The notes beneath the pieces were generated by a model, which was given only the letters and a program-made list of their open reading frames with translations, was not told the DNA's origin and made no database searches. Both the position numbers and the translations under genes were made by a program. Below, in pieces: positions 1 to 19,511 of a DNA stretch of 64,000 nucleotides. Source of the DNA: the human T2T-CHM13v2.0 reference genome, Homo sapiens; the NCBI RefSeq assembly GCF_009914755.1, contig NC_060945.1; one strand, given 5' to 3'. Numbering within the stretch: position 1 is the first letter of the stretch; each line of letters begins with the position of its first letter.

Positions 1-257
<257 letters not shown>

Positions 258-2470
258 TTCTTACGTTTCCATTTATGGAAGAGACTGTGCGCCACTGTGA
301 ATCCCTCCCATCTACCACCCTGTGGCTCAGAGCTGCCTGAGTTCCCCTGCATCCAAACCCTCAGCTTACTCCAATGACAGACCTAGGCATCTCCCCTTAG
401 CACACTCCCACCAACAAGCTCTGACCAAGGCCAGTACTCAGAGGACTCTGCTCAAATGGATGCTCAGCTTCACTGTCCTTCTGGGAGCAAATCACAGATA
501 TTTTCCTTATCCTCTCCTCTTTCCTTTGCTGTGCACTGTTGTCAACAAATGAGGTCACCTGGCTTTAACTGGTAACTGTGTAATTAGCCTCCAACTTGTA
601 AGTTAAAAACCATGGTTAAAGATTAGCACCAATAATGAGAGATTTCATTCACTCTGTAAATCTGTGTGCCAGGAGACAGCCTATCTGCAGCAGTACGCCA
701 TTTGAACTTGGGCATCATTTTTGCTCCCCATCACCTCGAAACTGAGAACTCAAAGAATGCCCAGGTTAAAAAAAATTATCTTGCTTAGGAGATCAAGCAC
801 AAAGCTGCTATGTTTCTGATTGTAGAAAAAAGCCACAATGCTGCTTGATTGTTGGAATATTATACTTTTATTTCTTCCAGGAGGCACATCTACCATCACA
901 CTGGCTGTCAACAATCATTTGCATGCATCAAGGGCAGGGGAACACCTGGCAATTTGATAGGTTTATCTCCTCTTCAAACTCCAAAGCCTAACGCTTAAGA
1001 GTGCCCTGCTAGAGATGCGAGGCTCCAAGGCTGGTGCACAATCCAGACCTCTAACTCTCCTGTCTTTTCTTGGCTTCTGTTTTGCTACTTGATAATCCTA
1101 TTACCTTTTGCCACTGAGAGGACAGCTACATTTTGCCATTCCTGCCATGGGGCAGCTTGGCCCTCAGACCTTAGAGGGCTTAGGAGCTACAGAAGAAGGG
1201 ATTATCTTGACAAAAGGGCATCCAAGGAGTATGGATTGGATCTTTAATCTCCAGCCCCTTGAAAGCTAGATGCGAAAATCTGAGTACTCATGTCTATGGA
1301 TAAAGGAGGAGCACCAAGTAAGGGTAGCCTTCCTCTCCAGCAGGCTCACCAATCTCTTCCTCATGGCTAAGCTACAGCAGTGGCATGGGCCACCATGTGA
1401 AGGCCAGCCCTACCACGACACTGTGCAGACAGGGCCTCTGCACAGACACAATATTATTTCCCTTAAAGCAGAGCCAGGGAGGGTTTGAGCCCATGGTGCT
1501 TGTTCTGGAAGGAATGATAAGACAATGAAGTCAGAATTTCCATTTTCCAACTGGGCAGGAACATCTGTCACTTGCTGGGATGAAGACACACATACATACA
1601 ACCACTGAATATTCATTCTCTTCCCAGACTGCCTGGATTACACAGCAGCAGGAAATGATCTGAGGTCTTCATGTGACTCTCGGTACGCTGCACCTTCCTG
1701 AGACCTGGACCCCTGCACTGCATGGTGGCATGGCTTCAACTGGCTGCTGCCTATGACACACGCTGAAAAGAGCTGAGCCCAAATAGCCTGACCAGCCTTG
1801 TTCTAAAATAGCTTTGAGGAGAACGTTTGACACTCTTTGGCTAACCTCCATACCCCCTGACCCTTTTCTCCCTGAACTTGATTCATTGGAACCATTTAGT
1901 CCTTCACTGTATCCAGAGTAATTTAGAGCTCAGCTATCCGCCTGCAGGGACAAGATTCTATTTGGGTGACCTTAGTTTCTAGGTCTCCTCCTATTGCCCC
2001 TAGAGTATTTACATGCGGGTGTGTGAGCTTGGAGGAGAGGCAGGAAACACCACGTTTACATTTTATTATGTACAGTAACCAGCAGGATGTGGATTAATAG
2101 ATGTCCTTTTATACAAGGGACTGAGTCAGGCCAAACGACAGAATCCTGTCATTGAGATGGACCAGACGAGTAAAGGAGGGTAAGGGAACTAAGGCGAACA
2201 ATACAACAATAGTGTGACACATCAAAGGAGCCACAAGTCTGCGGAAAAAAAAAATAAAAGCAAAGAAAATAGGAAGTTTTCAAGCTAGTGACTTATCCCT
2301 CGTAACCTCCCAGTAACTGCCTGCTACCTAGTTGTATAGATGCTTGTTTTCCTAATTTTGATGCCATCTCTCTATAGTTATATATAACTAGAAGGCAGTT
2401 GACTATGTTTATGGCCAACATCAAGCAATTCTTCAGGCAGGTTCAGGAACTCCTTTGCTATCCCTTCATA

Positions 2471-2791
<321 letters not shown>

Positions 2792-3395
2792 TGATCTTCC
2801 AATTTCTCTTCCTGCTGCTCACTGTAAGCCACTCCTAGGTTCTGCACCCCCCCTCACTTTTCCTTATCGTGGCTTTCCATTCAACCTGACCACTCTCTCC
2901 AACTACTCTACAATGCCAACGTCAGTGCGTCTGTATCCTGGTGGGTCAGCTTCTGGCCGGGAAGAAAGGACCTCTAAGGACATCTTTTTATACAGTCACC
3001 AGTGTGACAGCATATTACTTAGAAAAAGTCATATGCCATACCTCCATAAAAGCCAAATAAAAGGAACTCTCTTCTTATTTAGATCATTAATGAGATAACC
3101 AGGAGGTGGGGGCGGGGAGACTTCTGGTGTTCAAGTGATCACATCTGTGAGAGGAAAAGTTTTTCACATCCTATAATAAAGAGAAGCTGTGCCCCCAACT
3201 TCTCCTTATTAAAGGTGACATGTCTGGGGAGAGTAGCAGAAAGAGCTACAATACGTATTTTTAAATATCCAGTGTCTATGTATGTGAATGTAGAAAAGTA
3301 CCGCTTGCTACTAAACAGATCCTGGGATTAGTGGGCTTTGCAGGAACGTCCTAAAACAGGAGCAAGGTGGTTAATTCAGCTAGTGCTGAGATTTC

Positions 3396-3414
3396 CAGCC
3401 ACCAGAGGGCTATT
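3396..3414 (+). promoter_or_regulatory. Candidate CTCF site
   Basis: CAGCCACCAGAGGGCTATT matches the CCASYAGRKGGC core; motif only. Confidence 0.4.
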
Positions 3415-3666
3415 CTGACATGGAGGGCACATTTGGGGAGTGGTAATAATAAAGGGCTATTGCTTCACTGCTTGAAGCACCAATAAGGCACAGTTACCTC
3501 CTTGGGAAAGCGTGGCCAATGGCTCACAGAGTGACTCTCTGGCCTTATGGCTAAGTAAATTCAGTAAGTCAATATTTCCTGCTTATTTGAAAAAAAAAAA
3601 AAAAAAAAAAACCAACAACTAGCAAGTGCTCATTTCCAAATGCTAACAACTCTACCAATAAAAATA

Positions 3667-4001
3667 CAGTTATGGGCCACATAATGACATTTTAGTCCAC
3701 GACAGACCAAACATATGATGGTGGCCCCATAATACCGTATTTTTTACTGTACCTTTTCTAGTTTGTTTAGATACGCAAATCCCTGCCAGTGTGTTACAAC
3801 TGTCTATAGTATTCAGTGCAGCAATATGCTGCACAGGTGTGGAGCCTAGGAGCAATAGTTGTAGGTGTGTAGCCCAGGTGTGTAGCAGGCTATACCATCT
3901 AGATTTATGTACATGTACTTTATGATGTTTGCACAGCGATCAAACCGCCCCATGCCACATTTCTCAGAACGTTCTCTCCACTGTGAAGTGGTATGTGACT
4001 G
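3667..4001 (-). mobile_element. Tigger3a/MER7A-like non-autonomous DNA transposon
   Basis: CAGT...ACTG termini; internal CTAGATGGTATAGCCT and TTGCTCCTAGGCT motifs on the minus strand. Confidence 0.75.
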
Positions 4002-5166
4002 TTCTAGGCTTGTTTCATTTATACATTTGTTCTCAGTTTTTTTTTTCCTAGGGTTCCTATCTCTGTGATCTTCTGCGGGCATTTTTCACTCTAAAAACAA
4101 AAAATCTCCTGGAAACCAAAGCTTTCATCATGACTTCTTCAGGCACGATGGTATGTAAGTACAATGGTATTCTGTCCTGAGTGACTGAGGTGAGTCCAAC
4201 TGGAAATATTGATGTACTCATTTTTGTTCTTACTGAAGTAGGGTTACTGATTAATGAAGGTTAGCCAGAGCCGGAAATAAAGGTATTTCCATGTACTTGA
4301 GGGTGAGAGTGCCTGTTAAGGTAGGAAGAGGATGTTGCAGAAGCATCACTTCTGTGGGTGCAGACGCTGGAATGCTAAGAAAAATGGTGCTCTGAAAGCC
4401 CACCGTGCTCTCTCACCTGGGAACATGCCTAGGCTGGGTTGCAACTCCCTGTGTTCAGGTTCTACCATCCCAGCTAAACTACATCTTTTTTGAGGACAGA
4501 AAAGCGGAATGTGGTCTATTTCAACATTGCTGTACAGACACACTATGGGGCTGCACAGAGGGCTGCTTTCAGGAAGGACAGTCACAAAGGTCTTGAGGGG
4601 AAGGAGCTGAGAGGAAATAAACAAAACAAACACGAATGAGGTGGAGCCCCTCATCTAGAAAGGCTTCCAGTTGCTCTCCAGTAGACAGCAAAATGAGGAG
4701 AGAAGAGCTGAACAGCCATCCTTCCCGATTTTGCTCCTGCAAGGATACCTCCTGGCTTAAAAATTAATGTCAGAATCTGGGTCAAAGTGTCAACTTCTCC
4801 TCTGACATTTTAAGTCCAATGAGACACTGCTTGGTAAACTGACTAAAAAAAAGAGCGTTTTAATTCAGGCAGCTGGAAGAGCACTTAAAAGGCAACCGGT
4901 TATCTGGGAGGTGAGAGATACCATTTTCCACTCCCTGAGGCTTGCGCGGAGAACTAAAAGGAAGGAGTGTTAAAATGATGTGTCAGGGATTCTCAAATCC
5001 GACTGCACATCTCATTCATTTGGGGAAATTTTCAACACTCAGATTCGCAGCCTCCTATTTGGGGATTCTTTTTCCTTAGGTCTGAGGTAGGACCTGGTCT
5101 CACGCACAGCCAGGGGAAGGAGCTCCAGGTGGAGGCCTTGCTTTTATGCTCAGCATCACTGGGGTC

Positions 5167-5540
5167 TGTTACGGGCTAAAACGTGTCCCCCTAAAATTCA
5201 TATGTTGAAGTCCTAAGCTGCCAGTACCTCCACCTGTGACTGTATTTGCAGATAGGGTCGAAGAGGTTATTAAAGTTAAACAAGGTCATCAGGGTTGATC
5301 CTAATCCACTATGACTGGTGTCCTTGTAGGAAGAGGTTAGGACACAGCAGAAAAACAGAGTGAAGGTCATGTGAAGATACAGGGAGCAGACAGGCGTCTG
5401 CAAACCAAGGAGAGATGCCTGGGGAGGAACCAACCTGGCTGATACCTTGATCTTACACTCCAGAAATGTGAGAGGGTAAATTTCTGTTGCTTAATCCACC
5501 CATCTGTGTTACTTTGTTATGGAAGCCCGAGGAAGCCAAG
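5167..5540 (+). mobile_element. MaLR solo LTR (MLT1B-like)
   Basis: TGTTACGGGCTAAAACGTGTCCCCCTAAAATTCATATGTTGAAGTCCTAA...AAATTTCTGTTGCTTAA...TACTTTGTTATGG. Confidence 0.8.
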
Positions 5541-5631
5541 TCTTTGGCCTCTGGCATCAAAGAAGGCAACTTCAACGGACAGACCGGCAACAAAGAGAAT
5601 TATATTAAATAAACTAAAAAGTGCTCTTGAA

Positions 5632-6012
<381 letters not shown>

Positions 6013-6440
6013 TCAAGTATGAAGACATCTTTATTTGCTCAAATATGGAATTAAATTTTTTTAAAAATTAATTTGAGCAGAAATGAAATAAGCTGATACT
6101 AATGAAAACCTATCTTACACTGTTTTGAGGGACATAAGCTTAGATACTATCACAAAAGGTGCAATGGCCAAACATGACAGTGGGGTCATTGCTTTTATGT
6201 GCTCACACTCTGATCTATGGGTCAGTCCGTTCCTTTCCACCCTGCTGCCTGCTGTTCTCTTGGTTTCCTTCCTCACACTGCTCATCCACGTCAGTATGAA
6301 TGGGGAAATGAGGCTCCACCCCAATTTCCATCAGCAGCTTCTGTTGTAGTCTGCAGAGGTTTTAATTGCTGAGCAAAATGAAATTTCTGGCTTCACCACA
6401 AATTTCATTTATTTAAACTCTGCCTGTCCTCTTCTAATCA

Positions 6441-6816
<376 letters not shown>

Positions 6817-7762
6817 GCAATGGGGAATATGAGGGGAAATCTGGACTCTGAGCTTGACCTTGCATAATTTGAACCCTTCTGTCTCGGCCTCAGTTCCCTC
6901 ATCTACAAGATGAGAAGATCAATTTGATTGGTCATCATCAATAAATCTTTCAGCTCTAAAAATTCCATAACTCTTAAAATATCGCAATTAAATGTCACAC
7001 AAATTTTTCAGTTTCCCTGTGCATATAAAAGTTATGTTTACACTATACTCTCTGCAAGACAGTTTCCTAAAAAGTTGCATATACTGTGAGATTTTAACAC
7101 TTTTTCCCCCATCCAAATGGCATTTCAAATGCATAAAAATAACTTATTCGTAAATTTTCTTTCTCTCTTTCTTGTTTTAGTATAGCACCTTGAAACTAAG
7201 ATATTTCAGGTGGAAGTGCAGGGTAATAGGTTGCAGAACTCTCAAATAACAATCATGTATGTTTTGGTGGGCCATTTGGTATAGTGTGATTTCCTGAGAA
7301 ACTTTAAAGGTAAGAGTCTGCACTGAAAAGTCACATTATTTACTATTACCTGGTTGTATTGAGAGGCCAGACTATTTAAGACAAAAGAAATCCAAGAATA
7401 AACATGTTTAGTTTTTTTGGAAAAAGCAACTTCCTACTTCTATTTTTATTTTTAACTTCTTGTACTGGTTTTTGTTGCTTGTGTTTGAAAAAAAAAAGTC
7501 TAAGAGTAATCATGCTTTTTTAAAGTCATGCATTATCATTTGTATTATTTTGATAACTTCAACACAAATTGTAAGTTGAGATAACAACACACACTCTCAA
7601 TACCTTGAGCAGAATATTCACGGTAAGTTGCAATGAATGAAAACCAAAACAAGAAAGAACAACTGTAACCCAAGCATCATGGAAGCACACTGATTCGTTT
7701 TTTAAAAGAGATACTTAGCTAGTTCTTAGCAAAAAGCTAAGCCTAATTCTCTCATAGTCTTA

Positions 7763-7957
<195 letters not shown>

Positions 7958-8976
7958 TTAAGAAAAAGAATTTTAATTTCTAAATGCAATATAATTTACA
8001 ATTTATAAACGCAATTAGAAGAATTTCATTTCTTAAATGCAGGGGACATTTGGATGAGGTTATATAAAAAGTTTCAGTATATTCTCTGCCCAACTGGTTG
8101 GTCAAATATTTGATGCTTACTTTAAAAAAAAAAAAAAAAAAGAAATCACATATTTTCCTACTAAGAATGATAATCATAGTTTATAGAAGGATGTACAACA
8201 TGTGGCTTCCCCAGTTCGAGGAAGTCTACTTTCCCCTCACAGGTCAAAACCGAAGTCTGCAGGGACCTGAAACCCTTTGACAGGTGGAACATTTGGTGAG
8301 TGGTGGGAAGATAGCGCTTGGATCTATCAAAAGCTGGAAAGGCACGATCCTACTAATGAAAGGAGGTCAGCATTTTCCTAGTCATAGCACTCTGAGCCCT
8401 GATGTGTGACTCTAAGTGACTGAGACTTAGGTGTTTTTCAACTCTGCAGATGTCCTAATTTCCTTGGAGGGACACTTTTAATGCACAGGAATAGGCATTC
8501 TGAAACAAAGGAGTTAAACAATAGAAAAAAAGATATCTTGTTACCTACTTTAGCTATAGTAATTCTGCAGAATTCTAATTAACCTTTAGCAGTGTAATGC
8601 TTTTTAAAGCATGTTATTTCAAAGTGAAGTACAGGCAACAAGAATTTTAAGTCACTCATAACTCATGCTTTCTAACTATTGTCTCCAGAAACCAAAATCT
8701 GAAATGTTGCTTTATTCTTGCTCTTTATTTGGATTAAACATAAAAATAATTTTGAGAACATTGTAAAGAAGGAATAAAATTTCATTTACTGCACTACATT
8801 GCTTCATACTGTTTATAAAAGCAAGTCATTATTTTTCAACTTTATCTACTTGAATGAAATTATAGAAGCACACCACAACTTTTATCATCTTGTTATATAA
8901 GGAGTTGATCTTATGCCAGATGAAGTAAAACTAAAGCTAAATATTACCACGTTTGCTCTGCAACTTAATGAAAATA

Positions 8977-11678
<2,702 letters not shown>

Positions 11679-11999
11679 TAGTCAAATGACTGATTTTTCT
11701 AAGCTGAAACTAACATACTAGCAATCTGGAAAGGCAATATAAAATATAGCAAATGAAGCAACTTCTAAAAGTGTTTTACTCGTGGTTTATAACAAAATGA
11801 GAAATTGTTCATAATTATTCCCTTTACTAAACAAATATGCTAGCTCAACATTTTTATGAAAAGCAAATCATTAATTAGCTAATATACTAGTGTGAGGTAA
11901 TCAGGAATAAATACAAGTCTGGACATATGCCTGTGCCTTTAAGAAAATACTGTAATTTTGTAATATTCATTGCACTAATTATAATACATTATCTTAACT

Positions 12000-12018
12000 A
12001 GTCCAGTAGAGGGAGCTG
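12000..12018 (+). promoter_or_regulatory. Candidate CTCF site
   Basis: CCAGTAGAGGGAGC, one mismatch to CCASYAGRKGGCRS; motif only. Confidence 0.4.
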
Positions 12019-13200
12019 ATTCTCCTAATTGCTGCCGCTGCCATTAGTCACTGTCGCATTATAGGCGTTAGTGTAATTGTGGGGATGGGCTTATATGACA
12101 CAGGCCCCAGGCCCCGACAAATGCAAATCTGTACATTAATCGTCAGCTTTCTACCCCACCAACTCTTCAACTCTTTAGTGGTTCCCCAGTTTTTATTAAC
12201 CTCTTCAGCAACAGCCTCATCAAGAGAAACCCTGATCTTATAACAACTGATACTAGATTATCTTGCCAATGAAAACCATGCTTCAAAAAGCTAAATGTCT
12301 TTCTACAAAAAAAGAACTATGGGAGTTAAGAATGCAAATCCAAATCCCAAGTCAGTTTTTTATTTGCTACAATTATTTGGAGTCAAGTAAGGCATAAATA
12401 ATAATTTGGAGGTGTTTCTTTTAGAGATTAATACTAGGATTTATCAACTTTATGAATATTGAAAAGACATTTTCTGCTTGGAAAAAAGTAACACTCACAC
12501 ACACACACACACAAAACAAAACAAAAGAAGTGCCTGAGATAACTTTAAGTATTATTGCTATGGAAATTTTCTTACCATTTTTCTGTCCACCACTGAATGT
12601 GATAAAATTGTCGTCTTCATTAATTTAACCCTCTTACTGCACCTACTGATAAGATGGAACCCTAACATAATCCACGATTTGATTTATCTCCATTTCTAAG
12701 CTTTTGGTAAAGGATTTTATATAACTACTAGAGCTGACCACAAAGGAGATGTGGCTTTTTGATTTACTCCAATTCTAACATTAGGGGGGAAAAGTGATTT
12801 CATCTGAAAAGGAAGCTGCTGTCTTCTTTGCACAAACCTTTTGATGAATAACACTATCGGGAACATCATGGGGTCCTGCTCACTCCATGATCTTACTCTT
12901 GCAAGAGAAGTTAAATCATGGGAGGTAGGGGAGGGAATGAAAAGAAAGAGCTGGGGGAGAAATGAATGGGTAAAGGAAGACAGTTCCGGATGTGAATTTA
13001 AGCCACATAAAGTGTTCTGTAAAACCAAGCAGTGTATGCATGTGTTTGATCCTTCAAATAAACCTATTGTAAACCTATTTTCCCAGAAAACACAGTGGAA
13101 GTCAAAGTGGCTGCTATATTGAAATTAATTCCACTTTAAGTCCCGAGTCATGCACGAACTTTGCTGCCTTGTAGTCTGAAAGAACTATACATACAGCCTC

Positions 13201-13490
13201 TTTCTTTTCTTTTTTTTTTTTGGGATGGAGTCTCGCTCTGTCGCCTAGGCACGATCTCAGCTCACTGCAACCTCCACCTCCTGGGTTCAAGCAAGTCTCC
13301 TGCGTCAGCCTCCCCAGCAGCTGGGACTACAGGTGTTTGCCACCACACCCAGCTAATCTTTTTTGTATTTTTAGTAGAGATGGGGTTTCACCATATTGGC
13401 CAGGCTGGTCTCGAATTTCTGACCTCGTGATCCACCCGCCTTGGCCTCCCAAAGTGCTGGGATTACAGGCTTGAGCCACTGCGCTCAGCC
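13201..13490 (-). repeat. AluS-like, 160 nt 3' of exon 16
   Basis: Antisense Alu. Confidence 0.92.
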
Positions 13491-13550
13491 TAGCCTATTT
13501 ATTTTCTTCATGTTTTCATGGTAATCCTATAGGCAAGCATTGTATTTTTA

Positions 13551-13760
<210 letters not shown>

Positions 13761-15359
13761 TCATAATTAAAGTATGCAGGACAACCAATTAGTTTTACTC
13801 ATAAATAATAACACTGTAAGACAAAGCCTACCCAAAACTTCTTTCTAGGCCTGAAGTTAGAAGAAAATTGATAAATGACTCTTAAAGAAAAATGATACCC
13901 TATATTTAAAACTTCAATTACTACCTATTTTGAACAAAAAGAAATGAAAGGGTAAGGGAAACCTGAAAGTAAGGCTTCTGCTGCCTTTAAATACATGCTA
14001 TAATTTTTGAAAATGGGGGAAAAGCAGAAGTTAAATCCTGGTTGAGAGGTTGGCAAGGATTTGTTCCTGGAATATGTTGGCTTGGCTTACGGGCTTATTG
14101 TTTAGCCTATTATGTGTCTTTTTCCATGTGCACTCATTACTTCAGAAATAATAATAAAAGGCTTTAAAAATGAGCATTAATTACCTGGTAGAACAAAACT
14201 GCTACTTTGGGGCTTTGTTCCAATTACAAATAAATTATGTTCATGTATCTATGCAGTGAAGCGTTGTAAAAATTATATAATTTTAGTCAAGTGTTCTAGT
14301 TACACAGATTGTAATTGGTTCGTCTGCTGAATAAAGAGCTATAGTACATAATTTTAAAAATGCTTCTTAGCAACTAACAGAATTTATAACCTACGAACTC
14401 TTCCTTTTCTATAAATTGCTATATGATTCTTAACACTAATTGTTCTGATGAATTTCATTATTCAAATAATAATTTGAAGCTTAAAACAAAATGCAGAGTC
14501 ATTTAAAAACCAAAAACATAAGTAAAAAATGTAAATGTCAGTGTCCATGCTATAACATTTAATTATCAAACATCAGAATTTTAGGATGAAAAGGGCTTTT
14601 GAAGTCATCTTCTCTACCGTGTTCCCACCCAGGGGCAGATTGTCAGTTCCTGTTTGAACATAGAGGAATGTATCAATTTCCCTCCATTTTTTGATAGATT
14701 TGCCTGCCCAAACTGTCCTTTTTTTACATGAAGCCAGAATCAGCTTCCCTGTAACTTCCATCCTTTGAGCCTGATTCAACACAGAGCAAGCCTAATCCTC
14801 CCTTCCACATTAAAACCTTGAACAGGTATCACGACCCTAAGGAGAGGCATGTTCCTGCTGGTTCTTGTCTTACTTGGGCTACACATTCCCAATTCCTTTG
14901 GCTCCCAGGGGAATTCACTTCCTGCTCTTGGCCTAATCACTCTTTCAATCTTGTCTACGAGATTCTGGGAAACTTGTGACACATCTTGCTGACACTGAAA
15001 AGCACAATGTCCACAGCATATGATGTGCCAGTCTAAGAGCACAGCCTATACAAGGAGAAGGTAAGGATAATCTGACAAAACCTAGGAAATCCACGCTGGT
15101 TGTGACCTAGCACCATTTCCTCATCCAATTGTTCAAAAAGCTTCCACTTGATAACCTATTTGAAAAGAGACCCACAATCAATGTCACTCTATACCTGGCT
15201 TACAGATTGTGAAGCTATCTTCTCTCCTTTTTGCTATTCAGAACTTCATTTTCCTATCCCTACCTTCCCAGCTTTCCACAAAGACCACAGGCAATGGTGC
15301 TACTTCCCCTTCAAGTTCTCTTAGCCTGCAGTTGGTCTGGGTCATAAGAACTTGGACTT

Positions 15360-15891
15360 GGGTAGCAAGATGTCATAGTTTAAAATATATCCACAAATTT
15401 GCTGATACTCCTTCCTTCAAGAGGGAGAACTTGATTCCCTTCCTTCGAATGTGGTCGGGATGTAGTGACTTGCTCTAGTGAACAGAGCATGATAGAAGTG
15501 ATGGTGTATGACTTCTGAGACTGGGCCAAAAAAGGCACTAAAACTTCCTTAATCTCTTTCCTGGACCTCTTGGTGCAGGGGTGCGAGATGCCATGTTGTA
15601 GGGACGCTCAAGCAGCATTACAGAGTTCACATGGTAAGATACTGAGGTCTCTTAGTAACAGTGACGTGAGTGAGCCACGTTGGAAACAGACCCACCAGGT
15701 CCAATCAAACCTTCAGATGACTTTAGCTCAGGCAGTGTCTTAACTGCAACCACATGACGGACACTGTGCCAGAACCATCCAGCTAAACCACATCCCAAAT
15801 CCTGACCTATAAAAACTGTAAGAAACTAATGCTTGTTGTTTTAAGCTGCTAAATTCTCGCGTTATTTGCTACGTAGCAATAGGTAACTAAT
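15360..15891 (+). mobile_element. MaLR LTR (MLT1F-like)
   Basis: CCACAAATTTGCTGATACTCCT...CCTTCAGATGAC...TGTTGTTTTAAGCTGCTAAATT...TAGCAATAGGTAACTAAT. Confidence 0.7.
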
Positions 15892-16314
15892 GGGCTAGGG
15901 CTTTCTTTTCTCATGTTGATCTATCTCGGGCTTTAATTTCCTTTCATCAGAAGTTCATTCTCTTTAATATAGACATAAAAGGCACAATGGAAGTGGGACA
16001 GTTTCCCTTTCTCATTCTTTAACTCTGGTCCTCTCAATGACCTAACCCTCAACCCCCAACTTCTTGCTACGAGACCCACAGAGTTCTCTATTCTTATTTA
16101 TTTTCTTACTTTAATATTGTTAAGTATTTTTTGGTTAAGTTTCAACTCATTCTGCTGAAACGAACCTTTCTGACACTTATTTTTATAGGGTAGTGATGCT
16201 AAAACTCTCTTAATTCTCACTGGCTGTATATTTTAATCTTTCTATAGCCCTTTTAAATCTGAGATCCTTATATAACCAGTGATTTCTTTAGAGCTCACTC
16301 CTTTTCTGTTATTA

Positions 16315-16677
<363 letters not shown>

Positions 16678-16795
16678 TTAGAACTATATTTCTGAGATTT
16701 TTAAGAAAACTTTCTTGAACAGTTTGAAGAGTCTTCCCTTTTAGATTTTGGAGCCAAATATTTATACTGAAAAATAAAAGTAAAGAATGAGCTCT

Positions 16796-17400
<605 letters not shown>

Positions 17401-19056
17401 CAAGAGCTCTCCACTAAAAACTTTACAAGCCCACACTACTTTTGAAATGATACTGTGAATACTTTTGGTGGTCCAAAAAAAAAAATTCATATTATCAAGT
17501 CAGCATGACAGATAAATTCATGTTTACAGCTCAATAGTTTGAGAAGCTCTTGGCAGAAGAGCTCTTGCTATAATAGTTCATGTTTGTTTAGCATGAATAG
17601 TCATCTAGGGAAGACTTTTTACATTAAGCAAATCTTACTAAAAGAAAAAATCAGTAAGCTGGCACATAGGGAAATATTCATAATAAGGTGATAATGCATG
17701 TAATAAAATGTGATGAGTAGTTTCAAATAAATGGCAGGGACCTTGGTTTGCAGGCTTACTTAGAGGTCTTTCTTGAGTTGTGCTGATTTCACCCTAAGCC
17801 CTGGTGACTCCAGCTCTCTCTTCCTGTAAGTCATGATGAGTGGACAGAGCCTTTTGTTCATGTGGGGGCTAAGGGAGGTATGTCCTTCATGACACCTCTT
17901 GCATGGCTCGGGGTCAAGGACCTGGTTTCCCTTTATTTGGACTGCAGAAGGGTGGTGATGAATTGTAACAGAAAGGGTAGCTTTCTACCCTATGTGAAGA
18001 GCTCGCTAATGTGTTTTTCTTTTTTATTCTGGTCAAACTGTATAATTAGTCCTTCAGAGTCTATTTTTTCTTTGGAAGTAAGCCAGGAGGAGGAGCTATA
18101 ATGGCCACTATGCCCCCAAATCACCACTGTTATTACAATGGTCCCTACTTGACACTGCATGCTGGAAGCTACCATATTCTGTTTTTTTAGATATGAGAGT
18201 TAAGGAGAAGCCATTTTCCTCAGTCATGATTATAAAGCACTGGGTGGGGGAAAAACAAAAACCTTTTTTTAACTTGTTTCTGAGGACAACAGTGATTATT
18301 CAAAAACAATGCCATCACTTGAACGGCATGACAATCTTGGGAAGGCTTTCTAAGTTTGGAAAGGCTAAAGATATAATTCGGCACATTAGACTCAAGTGGG
18401 TGGTCTCTAAAATGTGAAGAAGAACCAAAGCTATGCTACAAAACACGGGGAAATTAGCCCAAATGTTTGATAAACTTACTACAAGCACAAAAACAGAACA
18501 CACGCATGGCTTAATACATGTGCAGTAAATACTGCTATTCATAGACAAACCTTAACTAGAATCTTCCTCACTTCATATCTGAGCATTCTTTCTCAACTTT
18601 AGCCATCTTACTGGGCAACCCAAGCCTACGCTGTGTATGAAAGGAAGCTTGGCTTAGGCCACCCTCTCTTCTGAATAGAATTGTTCCCTTCTTCTTTGCC
18701 AATCCAGGTGCCTCAAATCTTTCATAACCTCTCTGGAAGCCCATCTCCAGTAAGTTCTCTACTTAACATGCCCCTGGGTTAGTACTCCATCTCCTCCCAT
18801 CACAGAACATTCTTGTTAGCACTTAATGTTGCTTTGTATTTCCTTGTCTTCCAAATTCCATCTCATGTTTCCAAATATGCAAAATTCCTTCTATTATACC
18901 TCAAGCTCCTGAGAGCAGGGACCCTACCGTTTAATTTCTTTCAAACCTAGAAAGAATTTAGTGGATTGATCTTTGTGAAATCCCCAAGTGACATCATATT
19001 CTTACTGTTATGAGAAAGGTTTTGGATGGTTTTCTCCCACCAGTGTAATACCATTA

Positions 19057-19511
<455 letters not shown>
